A stretch of DNA of 34,588 bases from an uncultured Anaerolineales bacterium (GCA_964624695.1 CAZUZB010000014.1:1-34588), one strand, 5' to 3'. Counted from the stretch's first letter, positions 26,044 to 34,155 are shown. Translations and numbers: made by a program. Notes: a model not told the origin generated them from the letters alone.

Positions 26044-27027
26044 ATGCCGAGTGAGCTGCGCTTTTCCGCCAATATCAACACCTTTAACGCCTGTGCCGAC
26101 CGCTACGTCCTATCGGGCTATGGCGAGCGGCTGTCCACAGAGCAGCTGATCGAGGCTGCCACCAAGGTGGAGGGCCTATCCGGCGTGGAGGTCGTGGGAT
26201 TTTGGCACGTGAACGACGACAACGTCGTCCAGGTGAACCGACAGATCCGCGACGCCGGGCTGGAGGTGACCTGCGTGACGCCGGACATCTGGGCCTCGGC
26301 CAAGTGGGGTCGGGGCTCCTTTGCCTCCAACGACCCCAAGATCCGCCGGGCGGCCATTGACGAGGTAAAGCGCTCCATGGAGTGGGCGCAGCAGATGGAT
26401 TGCCAGGTGGTCGACCTCTGGTTCGGCCAGGACGGCTACGACTATCCTATGCAGGCCGACTATCTCTCGGCCTGGGATCGCCTGATCGAAGGGACCATCG
26501 AGTGCGCCGAGCATCTGCCCGGCGTCAACCTGGTGATCGAATACAAGCCCAAGGAGCCGCGCACCCACTGCTTTATTGGTACCGTGGGCAAGACACTGCT
26601 GCTCCTGGAAAAGGTGAACAAGCCCAACGTCGGCGCCATGATCGACGTAGGACACGCGCTGATGGCCTACGAGGTCACGGCCGAATCGGCCTCGCTGCTG
26701 CACTATTTCGGCAACAAGCTGTTCTACATGCACTTTAACGACAACTGGCGCCTTTGGGACGACGACATGACGGCTGGCTCGATCCACACCATCGAGCTGT
26801 TGGAACTGCTCTACTGGCTGGACCGGCTGGGCTACGATGGCTGGTACGCCCTGGACATCTTTCCCTACCGTGAGGACGGCATCGTGGCCGCCACCGAGAG
26901 CATCCGCTGGATCCAGGCCTTGCACGGCCTGCTGGACAAGATCGGCCGACCGCGCATCGCGGCGCTGATCGCTGAGAGTGACGCCATGGGGGCCTCGCGG
27001 GCCATCCGCGAGGCGCTCCTGGGATAA
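26044..27027 (+). CDS. Xylose-isomerase-like TIM-barrel sugar isomerase/epimerase (metal-dependent aldose-ketose isomerase type)
   Basis: ORF 25918..27027. The ATG at 26044 is preceded by AGGAGG. Motifs: LVIEYKPKEPRTH (compare EPKPKEP of xylose isomerase), IDVGHALMA, YMHFNDN. Confidence 0.88.
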   Translation: MPSELRFSANINTFNACADRYVLSGYGERLSTEQLIEAATKVEGLSGVEVVGFWHVNDDNVVQVNRQIRDAGLEVTCVTPDIWASAKWGRGSFASNDPKIRRAAIDEVKRSMEWAQQMDCQVVDLWFGQDGYDYPMQADYLSAWDRLIEGTIECAEHLPGVNLVIEYKPKEPRTHCFIGTVGKTLLLLEKVNKPNVGAMIDVGHALMAYEVTAESASLLHYFGNKLFYMHFNDNWRLWDDDMTAGSIHTIELLELLYWLDRLGYDGWYALDIFPYREDGIVAATESIRWIQALHGLLDKIGRPRIAALIAESDAMGASRAIREALLG

Positions 27028-27065
27028 TACGGACGTCGAGACGAACACACAGAAAGGAACTACAC

Positions 27066-28415
27066 GTGACCAAGCAACTCTATGATCCCAACATGTTCAA
27101 CTATATGTGGGAGAGCCTGGACCAGGATCGCTTTGTCGTCGGCACTTATTATGTGGAGGACATCAAAGAGGGCGTCGACTTCATCGACCATCTGGCGCAG
27201 ATCCAGCGCCTGGCCCTGGAGGGCTCGACCGCCAGCTGGATGGAGATCAAGGAGGAGACGCCAGAGGTGCGGGAGCGGCTCTCCAGCAAGATTCTGAACT
27301 ATCTGGAGATCCCGGCCGACAAGGGGACCAAGAAGGCGATCGTGCAGATGGCGTTCCCCATCGCCGCCTGGGAGGAGAACGTCAACGTTCCCATGTTGCT
27401 GCTTTCCATCATGGGAAACATCCCCGCCTTTCCAACCAACATGCGCATGCTGGACCTCTACGTTCCCCCCAGCGTGGCGGCCAAGTTCCAGGGACCAAAG
27501 TACGGCATCGAGGGCCTCCGCGCCAAGCTAGGCGTCCATGGCCGGCCACTGACGCTGCAGATCATCAAGCCCAAGATGGGCATGACGCCGGAGGAGACGG
27601 CAGCGCAGGTGTACCAGAGCGCCTTGGGCGGGGTGGACCTGGTCAAGGACGACGAGATGTGCAGCGAGCTTTCCAACTGCTCGTTCGAGGCGCGCTTGGA
27701 GGCGGTGCTCGAGGCGCTGGAAAAAGCCGAGCGCGAAACTGGCCAGAAGACGCTGTACATGGTGAGCATCACCGATGAGGTGGATCGGGTGGCGGACAAG
27801 TGTCGGCGGGCCGTCGAGCTGGGGGCCACGGGGCTGCTGTTTGCCTACTCGGCCGGCCTCTCGGCGCTCAAAGTGATCGCCGACGATCCCGCCATCGACG
27901 CGCCGATCCTGCTGCATGTCTCGCATATGCTGGCACTGCTGCCGCGCATGAACTTCCCCGTGCTCTCCAAGCTCTGCCGCCTGTGTGGCGCCGACATGAT
28001 GCTGACCCCCTCCATGTGGTCCAGCATCCCGGTGGCCTCGGTGGAAGAGTCCTTGCGGGTGACCCAGACACTGGTGGCGCCGTTCTACCATATCAAGAAG
28101 ACCTGGCCCATGCCCGCCGCGGGCATGTATCCCGGTTTGATCGACGTGCTGATCCAGGAACACGGCGTCGACTTTATCGTGCCCGCGGGCGGCGGCATGC
28201 TGGGCCATCCCATGGGCTACAAAGCCGGTGCCATGGCCTGGCGGCAGGCCATCGACGCGGTGCTGGCCGGCAAGACGCTACAGGAGGCAGCAGCCGAATA
28301 CCCCGAGTTCCGGGCGGCCGCCGAGCTGTGGGGCATCCGCGAGCGTCCCAAGACGGTGTGGGGCTACTCGGGGCCGGACTATCATCCGGGCTTTGCGCCG
28401 AAGAATCTGACTTAG
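27066..28415 (+). CDS. RuBisCO large-subunit-like protein (form IV RLP), not a carboxylase
   Basis: GTG start. The sequence is colinear with RbcL: ALEGSTASW (compare AAESSTGTW), MGNIPAF (Asn123), GRPLTLQIIKPKMGMT (Lys175/177), GGVDLVKDDEM (Lys201, Asp203, Glu204), PAGGGMLGHPMG (Gly403/404). The CO2-fixation residues are replaced: LHVSHMLA for HIHRAMHA, CGADMMLTPS for GGDHIHSGT, no Lys334, PAAGMY for ASGGIH. Confidence 0.9.
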   Translation: MTKQLYDPNMFNYMWESLDQDRFVVGTYYVEDIKEGVDFIDHLAQIQRLALEGSTASWMEIKEETPEVRERLSSKILNYLEIPADKGTKKAIVQMAFPIAAWEENVNVPMLLLSIMGNIPAFPTNMRMLDLYVPPSVAAKFQGPKYGIEGLRAKLGVHGRPLTLQIIKPKMGMTPEETAAQVYQSALGGVDLVKDDEMCSELSNCSFEARLEAVLEALEKAERETGQKTLYMVSITDEVDRVADKCRRAVELGATGLLFAYSAGLSALKVIADDPAIDAPILLHVSHMLALLPRMNFPVLSKLCRLCGADMMLTPSMWSSIPVASVEESLRVTQTLVAPFYHIKKTWPMPAAGMYPGLIDVLIQEHGVDFIVPAGGGMLGHPMGYKAGAMAWRQAIDAVLAGKTLQEAAAEYPEFRAAAELWGIRERPKTVWGYSGPDYHPGFAPKNLT

Positions 28416-28435
28416 CCATCTAGTTTCGATGTCGT

Positions 28436-28468
28436 GCCCAGCAGGTTGCTCGGACCAACCTGCTGGGC
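28436..28468 (+). terminator. Intercistronic stem-loop between the RLP and E1-alpha genes (no U-tract; attenuator or processing/stability element)
   Basis: CCCAGCAGGTTG (28437-28448) pairs perfectly with CAACCTGCTGGG (28456-28467), with a 7-nt loop and one flanking G-C pair. It lies 21 nt after the RLP stop and 45 nt before the E1-alpha start. Confidence 0.5.
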
Positions 28469-28512
28469 GTCCGTAATGCCGATCGCCGTCCCACCGGAGG
28501 GAGAGAAGGCCC

Positions 28513-29484
28513 ATGCCACAGAGCAACCCGCCGTTGCTAGAGCTGTACCGCACCATGCTGACCATCCGGCGCTTTGAGGAGCGCTGCAACCATCTGTTCA
28601 TGCAGGGGCGGATCCCGTCCACGCTGCACCTGTACATCGGCCAGGAGGCCGTGGCCACAGGCGTGTGCGCGCACCTGAAAGATACGGATTATGTGTTGAG
28701 CACGCATCGCCCCCACGGACACGCTATCGCCAAGGGGGTGACGCCACGCAGCATCATGGCCGAGCTGTTCGCCAAGGCCACCGGTTGCTGCAAAGGCAAG
28801 GGCGGCTCTATGCATGTCGGCGACATGCGCGTGGGGATGCCGCCGGCCATCGCTATTGTGGGCGGCAACGCGCCCATCGCCTGCGGCATGGCCCTGGCCC
28901 AGAAGCGTTTGGGCAACGGCGGCGTGACGGTGTCCTCTTTCGGCGACGGGGCGGCCAACGAGGGCGCGGTGCACGAGGCCCTGAACATGGCCGCCATCTG
29001 GGATCTGCCGGCGATCTTTGTCTGCGAGAACAATCTCTACGCGGCCTCGACGGCCTTTGCCACGGCCTTCAAGATCGACGATGTGGCCGCCAGAGCCGCC
29101 GCCTACGGGATGCCCGGCATCGTCGTGGATGGCAACGACGTGTTGGCAGTCCACGAAGCGGCCGCCGCGGCCATCGCGCGCGCGCGGGAGGGCGGCGGGC
29201 CGACGCTGATGGAGTGCAAGACCTATCGCCTGTGCGGCCACTCGCGGAGCGACCCCCTGACCTATCGAACCAAAGAGGAGGAGGCGCGCTGGCTGGAGCG
29301 GGAGCCCATCGGGCGGCTGGCGGCGCAGATGCGCGAGCAGGACCTGGTCACAGAGGAGCGCCTGCGAAAGATCGAGGAGGTGGTGGTCGCCGTCATCGAC
29401 GACGCGGTGGCCTATGCCGAGGCCAGCCCGGATCCCCTGCCCAGCGACGCGCTGCAGCACGTGTTCTACGGACAGGAGGCGTGA
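28513..29484 (+). CDS. TPP-dependent 2-oxoacid/acetoin dehydrogenase E1 component, alpha subunit
   Basis: GGAGGGAG lies upstream. TPP motif: FGDGAANEGAVHEALNMAAIWDLPAIFVCENNLYA. Also YRLCGHSRSDP and LYIGQEA. Confidence 0.92.
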   Translation: MPQSNPPLLELYRTMLTIRRFEERCNHLFMQGRIPSTLHLYIGQEAVATGVCAHLKDTDYVLSTHRPHGHAIAKGVTPRSIMAELFAKATGCCKGKGGSMHVGDMRVGMPPAIAIVGGNAPIACGMALAQKRLGNGGVTVSSFGDGAANEGAVHEALNMAAIWDLPAIFVCENNLYAASTAFATAFKIDDVAARAAAYGMPGIVVDGNDVLAVHEAAAAAIARAREGGGPTLMECKTYRLCGHSRSDPLTYRTKEEEARWLEREPIGRLAAQMREQDLVTEERLRKIEEVVVAVIDDAVAYAEASPDPLPSDALQHVFYGQEA

Positions 29485-29486
29485 GC

Positions 29487-30500
29487 ATGGCCAAGATGAG
29501 CATCGCCGAGGCGCTGCGGCAGGCCATTCGCGAGGAGATGGTCCGCGATCCGCGCGTCTTCTGTGTGGGCGAGGATATCGGCGTGGAGGGCGGCTTTGGC
29601 GGGGCCTTTACCGTGACCCTGGGACTATCAGAAGAGTTCGGCCACGAGCGCATCCTGGACACACCCATCTCCGAGATCGGCATCGCCGGCGTGGCCATCG
29701 GGGCGGCCATGGCCGGCCTGCGGCCCATCGCCGACGTGCAGTATGGCGATTTTCTGTTCTGCATGATGGATCAACTGGTGAACCAGGCAGCCAAGATGAC
29801 CTACATGTCGGGCGGGACGGTGAGCGTCCCCATGGTCATGCGGGCGCCGGTGGGCTCGACCCGACGCGGCGCCCAGCACGCCCAGAGCCTGGAGGCCTTT
29901 TTCACCCACGTGCCCGGCCTGAAGGTGGTAGCCCCGGCCACCGCCTACGATGCCAAAGGCCTGCTGAAGAGCGCCGTGCGCGATGACAACCCGGTCCTGG
30001 TGTTTGAGCACAAGCTGCTGTACGGCTCCAAGGGGCCGCGTTCGGAGGCCGGAGCGCTGAGCCCGGTGGGCGAGGTGCCGGACGAGGAGTACCTGGTGCC
30101 CATCGGCAAGGGCATCGTCCGGCGCGAGGGCAGCGACGTGACCATCGTCGGCAAGCTCTTGACGCTGTACCGCGCGTTGGGCGCGGCGGAAAAGCTGGCG
30201 GCCGAGGGCATCAGCGCCGAGGTGATCGACCCGCGCACCCTGGTGCCGCTGGACAGGGAGCTGATCTTGGAGTCGGTGCGCAAGACCGGCCGGCTGGTGA
30301 TCGTCGAGGAGGACAACCTGACCGGCGGGTGGGCCGCCGACATCGCCGCCATCGTGGCGGAGGAGGCTTTCTTCTACCTGGACGCCCCGATCGTGCGCGT
30401 CTCGGCGCCGGACACGCCCGCGCCCTTTGCGCCGGTGATGGAGGCCTTTTACGTACCTTCGGAGGAGCGGGTGATCGAGGCCGTCCGGTCGACGCTGTAG
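29487..30500 (+). CDS. 2-oxoacid/acetoin dehydrogenase E1 component, beta subunit
   Basis: The ATG is 2 nt after the alpha stop, suggesting translational coupling. The upstream 274 codons of ORF 28665..30500 are an out-of-frame artefact. Motifs: VFCVGEDIG..GGAF, DTPISE, VQYGDF, PVLVFEHKLLY. Confidence 0.92.
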   Translation: MAKMSIAEALRQAIREEMVRDPRVFCVGEDIGVEGGFGGAFTVTLGLSEEFGHERILDTPISEIGIAGVAIGAAMAGLRPIADVQYGDFLFCMMDQLVNQAAKMTYMSGGTVSVPMVMRAPVGSTRRGAQHAQSLEAFFTHVPGLKVVAPATAYDAKGLLKSAVRDDNPVLVFEHKLLYGSKGPRSEAGALSPVGEVPDEEYLVPIGKGIVRREGSDVTIVGKLLTLYRALGAAEKLAAEGISAEVIDPRTLVPLDRELILESVRKTGRLVIVEEDNLTGGWAADIAAIVAEEAFFYLDAPIVRVSAPDTPAPFAPVMEAFYVPSEERVIEAVRSTL

Positions 30501-30552
30501 CGAGGGAAGAAAGGCATTGCCGTGAGTGCAATCTGTGGCGGTGGGGGTTAGC

Positions 30553-31713
30553 ATGGCTCATCCGGTACTGGTGCCGCCTTTGGGGCAGACGGTGGACACC
30601 GTGACCATCGTGACCTGGTACAAGCGAGAGGGCGAGGCGGTCCGTGAGGGCGAGCCGCTCTACGCCATCGAGACCGACAAGGCCGTTCTGGACATCGAGG
30701 CCCAAGCGTCTGGCGTGCTGCGGGGCGTGACCGCCACCGAGGGCGACGAGGTGGAGGTGTTGCGCGCCATCGCAGAGATCGCCACCGCGGCAGAGGGCGG
30801 GACGGTCGGAACGACGGCTGAGGCGGCCGACGGCGCCCCCGAAGTCGCCCCATCGGAGAGTAGTGTTGCGGCGAGGGCGGTCACGCCGGTGCGCCGTGGT
30901 CCGCGTCAGTTCGTCTCGCCGCGCGCTCGCCGCCTGGCGGAGGCCGAGGGCGTTTCGCTGGAGGAGGTGGCGGGCAGCGGCCCAGAGGGCGCCGTCGTCG
31001 AGCGCGATGTGCGCGCATGGCTGGAGCGGCGCTCCAGCGCCCAGGAGACGCCGCCTCGCGAGCTCGCGGCGCCCGCGGCGGCGGTCAGCGAGGTCGTTGT
31101 CGCGCAGATGGGTGCTAAGCTCGCCGGCGCGCCGTTGGTCACCTTGGACGTCGAGGCCGATGCCAGCGCCTTGACGGGCCTGCGGGCCCAGTTGGCGGCC
31201 GCCGAGGTGGAGATAGCCGACACCGATCTCTGGCTGTGCGTGCTGGGGCGGGCTCTGCGCGACCAGCCGGCGCTGAACGCCTCATTGGAGGGGGACGTGC
31301 TGCGTCGTTGGCCACGGGTTCAGGTTGGCCTGGTAGTGGATACCGGCGACGGCCTGGCCGTGCCCGTGGTGCGCGACGTGGATCAGAAGCGGCTGGCGCA
31401 GCTAGCGCGGGAGACCAGGGAGCTGCGGGCGCGAGCGCACGAAGGCGCGCTCACGGCGGAGGATCTGAAAGGCGCGACCTTTACCCTGGCGGACCTGGGG
31501 GCTGCGGGCATCGACACCTTCACCCCGTTCCTGGACGCGCCCACCACAGCGATGATGGGGGTGGGGCGGATCCGAAAGGGCGGGGGAGCCGCGGATGCCA
31601 CGGTGTGGCTCTCGCTCAGCTACGACCGACGCCTGGTCGATGCTGGACGGGCCTCGCGCTTCTTGCGGCAGGTGGCACAGCTCATCGAGCAGCCCTACCG
31701 TCTGCTGGCGTGA
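30553..31713 (+). CDS. Dihydrolipoamide acyltransferase (E2)-like protein with lipoyl and subunit-binding domains but substituted catalytic residues
   Basis: Lipoyl domain with LYAIETDKAVLDIEA. PSBD: FVSPRARRLAEAEGVSLEEVAGSGPEGAVVERDV. The catalytic-domain fold is recognisable, but GGTFT(I/L)SN reads GATFTLAD (Ala codon 31489-31491) and DHRxxDG reads DRRLVDA (Arg codon 31627-31629). The alternative GTG start at 30526 is less likely than the ATG at 30553. Confidence 0.88.
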   Translation: MAHPVLVPPLGQTVDTVTIVTWYKREGEAVREGEPLYAIETDKAVLDIEAQASGVLRGVTATEGDEVEVLRAIAEIATAAEGGTVGTTAEAADGAPEVAPSESSVAARAVTPVRRGPRQFVSPRARRLAEAEGVSLEEVAGSGPEGAVVERDVRAWLERRSSAQETPPRELAAPAAAVSEVVVAQMGAKLAGAPLVTLDVEADASALTGLRAQLAAAEVEIADTDLWLCVLGRALRDQPALNASLEGDVLRRWPRVQVGLVVDTGDGLAVPVVRDVDQKRLAQLARETRELRARAHEGALTAEDLKGATFTLADLGAAGIDTFTPFLDAPTTAMMGVGRIRKGGGAADATVWLSLSYDRRLVDAGRASRFLRQVAQLIEQPYRLLA

Positions 31714-31738
31714 GGCGAGCGCGAAAGGGGGGCTAGCG

Positions 31739-33232
31739 ATGCCGAAGACCATCTCTTGTCTGGCGATGGACATCGGCGCGGAGAGCGGCCGCGCCATGGT
31801 GGGAAGGTTCGACGGGGAGTGGCTGACCCTGTCGGAGGCGTATCGCTTCGCCAACGGCTCGGTGCGCCTGCCGGACGGGCTGCACTGGGACCTGTTGCGG
31901 ATCTGGGCCGAGGTGCAGCACAGCCTGGCGCTGGTGGCCCATGAAGCGGGCGAAGCTCTCCGGAGCGTCGGCATCGACACCTGGGGCGTGGACTATGGCC
32001 TGCTGGATCGCACCGGCGCACTGATCGCCAACCCGTTCCATTACCGCGATGGTCGGACCGATGGCATGCTGGACGAGGCCGCCCGGCACATGTCGCACGC
32101 CGAGCTGTACCAGCGCACGGGCATGCCTCCATCCCAGCTCAACACCCTCTACCAGCTGCTATCCATGGTGGTGGGGCGGGACCCCGTCCTGGAGATCGCC
32201 GAGACCTTTTTGATGACGCCGGACTTGCTGCATTACTGGCTGACCGGCGTCAAGGGCTGCGAGTTCACCATCGCGACGTCGACGCAGTTGTACAGCCCCA
32301 GCCTCGACGGCTGGGACCCGGCCATCCTGGAGGCCATGGGCATTCCGGCGCGCCTCTTCCCGGCGCTGGTCCGGCCGGGAACGCGCTTGGGCGGCCTGCT
32401 GCCCTACGTCGCGCAGGGGTTGGACCTAGAGGGGCAGGCGCTCTCGGTCATCGCGCCGGCCTGCCATGACACCGCCTCGGCGGTGGCGGCGGTTCCCATG
32501 CGCGGCCCGGGCTGCGCCTGGATCAGCTCGGGCACCTGGTCCGTCGTGGGGACCGAGCTGGAGGCCCCCATCATCGATGCCGCGACGCAGGCCTACCACC
32601 TGGCCAACGAGGGGGGCGCGAGCGACACCTTCTTCCTCTGTCAAAACGTGATGGGCCTGTGGCTGGTGCAGCAATGCCGCCAGGCCTGGGCCGGTCAGGG
32701 CCAGGAGATGTCCTACACTCAACTGACGCAGCTTGCTCGCGAGGCCAAGCCGTTCCAGGCGGTCATCGATCCAGATGATGGCGCATTCTTCAAGCCGGGC
32801 GACATGCCCGCGCGGATCCAGGCCTATTGTCGGCGAACCGGCCAGACAGTCCTCGAGACGCCGGGGGGCATCATCCGCTGCGTGCTGGAGAGTCTGGCCC
32901 TCAAGTACCGCTGGGCGCTGGAGCGGCTGGACGAGGTGGTGGGGGGACGGCTGGAGCCGGTGCACCTGGTGGGCGGCGGGACGCAGAACACCCCGCTCAA
33001 CCAGCTGACGGCGGACGCAACCGGACGGCTGGTGCTGGCCGGTCCCATCGAGGCCACGGCCCTGGGCAACGTGCTGATGCAGCTCTTGGCGTTGGGGGAG
33101 ATCGGATCGCTGCAGGAGGGGCGCGAGCTCCTGCACCGCTCCTTTGCCCTGGAGGAGTACCTGCCCCGAGGCGGGGCCGAGGAGGCGTGGGAGCGCGGAT
33201 ACGCGCGGCTGTGCGAGCTTGTGTCGAGTTGA
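31739..33232 (+). CDS. FGGY-family carbohydrate kinase, rhamnulokinase (RhaB)-like
   Basis: The ATG at 31739 is preceded by AAGGGGGG; the upstream part of ORF 31595.. overlaps the E2 gene. Motifs: LAMDIGAESGRAMVG, IDTWGVDYGLLD, FHYRDGRT, QLNTLYQL, LMTPDLLHYWLTG, VHLVGGGTQN. Confidence 0.9.
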   Translation: MPKTISCLAMDIGAESGRAMVGRFDGEWLTLSEAYRFANGSVRLPDGLHWDLLRIWAEVQHSLALVAHEAGEALRSVGIDTWGVDYGLLDRTGALIANPFHYRDGRTDGMLDEAARHMSHAELYQRTGMPPSQLNTLYQLLSMVVGRDPVLEIAETFLMTPDLLHYWLTGVKGCEFTIATSTQLYSPSLDGWDPAILEAMGIPARLFPALVRPGTRLGGLLPYVAQGLDLEGQALSVIAPACHDTASAVAAVPMRGPGCAWISSGTWSVVGTELEAPIIDAATQAYHLANEGGASDTFFLCQNVMGLWLVQQCRQAWAGQGQEMSYTQLTQLAREAKPFQAVIDPDDGAFFKPGDMPARIQAYCRRTGQTVLETPGGIIRCVLESLALKYRWALERLDEVVGGRLEPVHLVGGGTQNTPLNQLTADATGRLVLAGPIEATALGNVLMQLLALGEIGSLQEGRELLHRSFALEEYLPRGGAEEAWERGYARLCELVSS

Positions 33233-33285
33233 GCACGCCTGTGAGGGAACGAATCGGTTACTATCAGAGAAGGGAGAGCGACGAG

Positions 33286-34092
33286 ATGGACTGGGGCAAG
33301 AAGAATCGTCTATCGCAGCTGCTGCCCGGTGGGCACGCCTACTACCTGCCCATCGACCACGGGTACTTTTTGGGGCCGACCCGCAAGTTGGAGAAGCCAG
33401 GCGAGACCATCGCGCCGCTATTGCTCTACTGCGACGCGCTGTTCGTGACCCGCGGGGTGCTGCGCGCTTGTGTCGAGCCGGTGGGCAGCCTGCCTATCAT
33501 CCTCAGGATCTCGGGCGGTACCAGTATCGTGGGGCCCGACCTGGCCCATGAGGCGCTGACCACGTCCATCGAGGACATCATCCGCGTCAACGCCGCGGCG
33601 GTGGGGGTCTCGGTGTTCATCGGCAGCGAGTATGAGCGCGAAACGCTGCTGAACCTGACGGACGCGGTCAACCAGTGCCAGGACTATGGGATTCCGGTGA
33701 TGGCGGTGACGGCAGTGGGCAAGGAGCTCGAGAAACGTGACGCTCGGTACTTGGCCCTGTGCTGCCGTATCTGCGCCGAGCTGGGCGCCGACGTGGTCAA
33801 AACCTACTGGTCAGAGGATTTCGAGAAGGTGGTCGAGGGCTGCCCGGTGCCAGTGGTGATGGCAGGCGGCCCCAAGTGCGAAACCAACCGCGAGGCATTC
33901 GAGTTCGTCTACGACGGGATGCAGCGAGGGGCGGCGGGCATCAACTTGGGGCGTAACGTCTGGCAGAACCAGAATCCGGTGCCCATGGCCAAGGCGCTGC
34001 GGGCCATCGTCCATGAGGGCGCGGACGTGGACGCGGCGGTCGCGATCTTTGACGACGCCATGCGTGGCGCGGCCAAGGCGCAGGGGCTGTAA
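33286..34092 (+). CDS. Class I (DhnA/LsrF-family) aldolase; closest in my memory to LsrF, 3-hydroxy-2,4-pentadione-5-phosphate thiolase
   Basis: The ATG at 33286 is preceded by AAGGGAG. The first 153 codons of ORF 32827..34092 overlap the kinase gene out of frame. The sequence is colinear with E. coli LsrF as I recall it: DWGKKNRLSQL, IDHGYFLGPT, IAPLL..CDALFVTRGVLR, SIVGP, VSVFIGSEYE, IPVMAVTAVGK, GADVVKTYW (Schiff-base Lys), GCPVPVVMAGGPK, GINLGRNVWQ. Confidence 0.88.
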   Translation: MDWGKKNRLSQLLPGGHAYYLPIDHGYFLGPTRKLEKPGETIAPLLLYCDALFVTRGVLRACVEPVGSLPIILRISGGTSIVGPDLAHEALTTSIEDIIRVNAAAVGVSVFIGSEYERETLLNLTDAVNQCQDYGIPVMAVTAVGKELEKRDARYLALCCRICAELGADVVKTYWSEDFEKVVEGCPVPVVMAGGPKCETNREAFEFVYDGMQRGAAGINLGRNVWQNQNPVPMAKALRAIVHEGADVDAAVAIFDDAMRGAAKAQGL

Positions 34093-34118
34093 CGCGCCGC
34101 GATACAGGGTCGATGGAG

Positions 34119-34155
34119 CTCCCTCCGGGGGCAGTGTGCCTGCTCCTGGAGGGAG
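34119..34155 (+). terminator. Strong hairpin 27 nt after the last operon gene; probable transcription terminator (weak U-tract)
   Basis: CTCCCTCCGGGGGCAG (34119-34134) pairs with CTGCTCCTGGAGGGAG (34140-34155). The stem is 16 bp including two G-U pairs, with the 5-nt loop TGTGC. Confidence 0.5.

Noticed and set aside
26176-27048. Long antisense ORFs opposite real genes: 26176..27048(-), 28537..29460(-), 29628..30554(-), 27528..28208(-), 25427..26014(-), 25144..25644(-), 20307..20942(-), 32426..33136(-), 6731..7348(-), 283..1023(+)
   Set aside because: These are typical stop-poor antisense frames of GC-rich coding DNA. Their translations are Arg/Gly/Pro/His-rich with no recognisable motifs or SD, while the opposite strand carries clear family motifs.
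27066-28415. Bona fide CO2-fixing RuBisCO
   Set aside because: The counterparts of His294, His327, Lys334 and Ser379 are substituted. There is no small-subunit gene, no phosphoribulokinase gene and no carboxysome context. This is a form-IV RLP.
27107-28423. ORFs 27107..27778(+) and 27800..28423(+) inside the RLP gene
   Set aside because: These are out-of-frame, Arg/Gly-rich translations. The RbcL-like motifs lie only in the 27066 frame.
28665-29486. N-terminal 274 codons of ORF 28665..30500(+), and similar extensions of ORFs 32827..34092, 31595..33232, 25918..27027, 19557..21047, 23740..24612, 11403..12488, 1292..2458
   Set aside because: The extensions overlap the preceding gene out of frame, or run into the IS end, and have junk-like composition. 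Internal starts with good SD sequences give proteins that begin where the family alignments begin.
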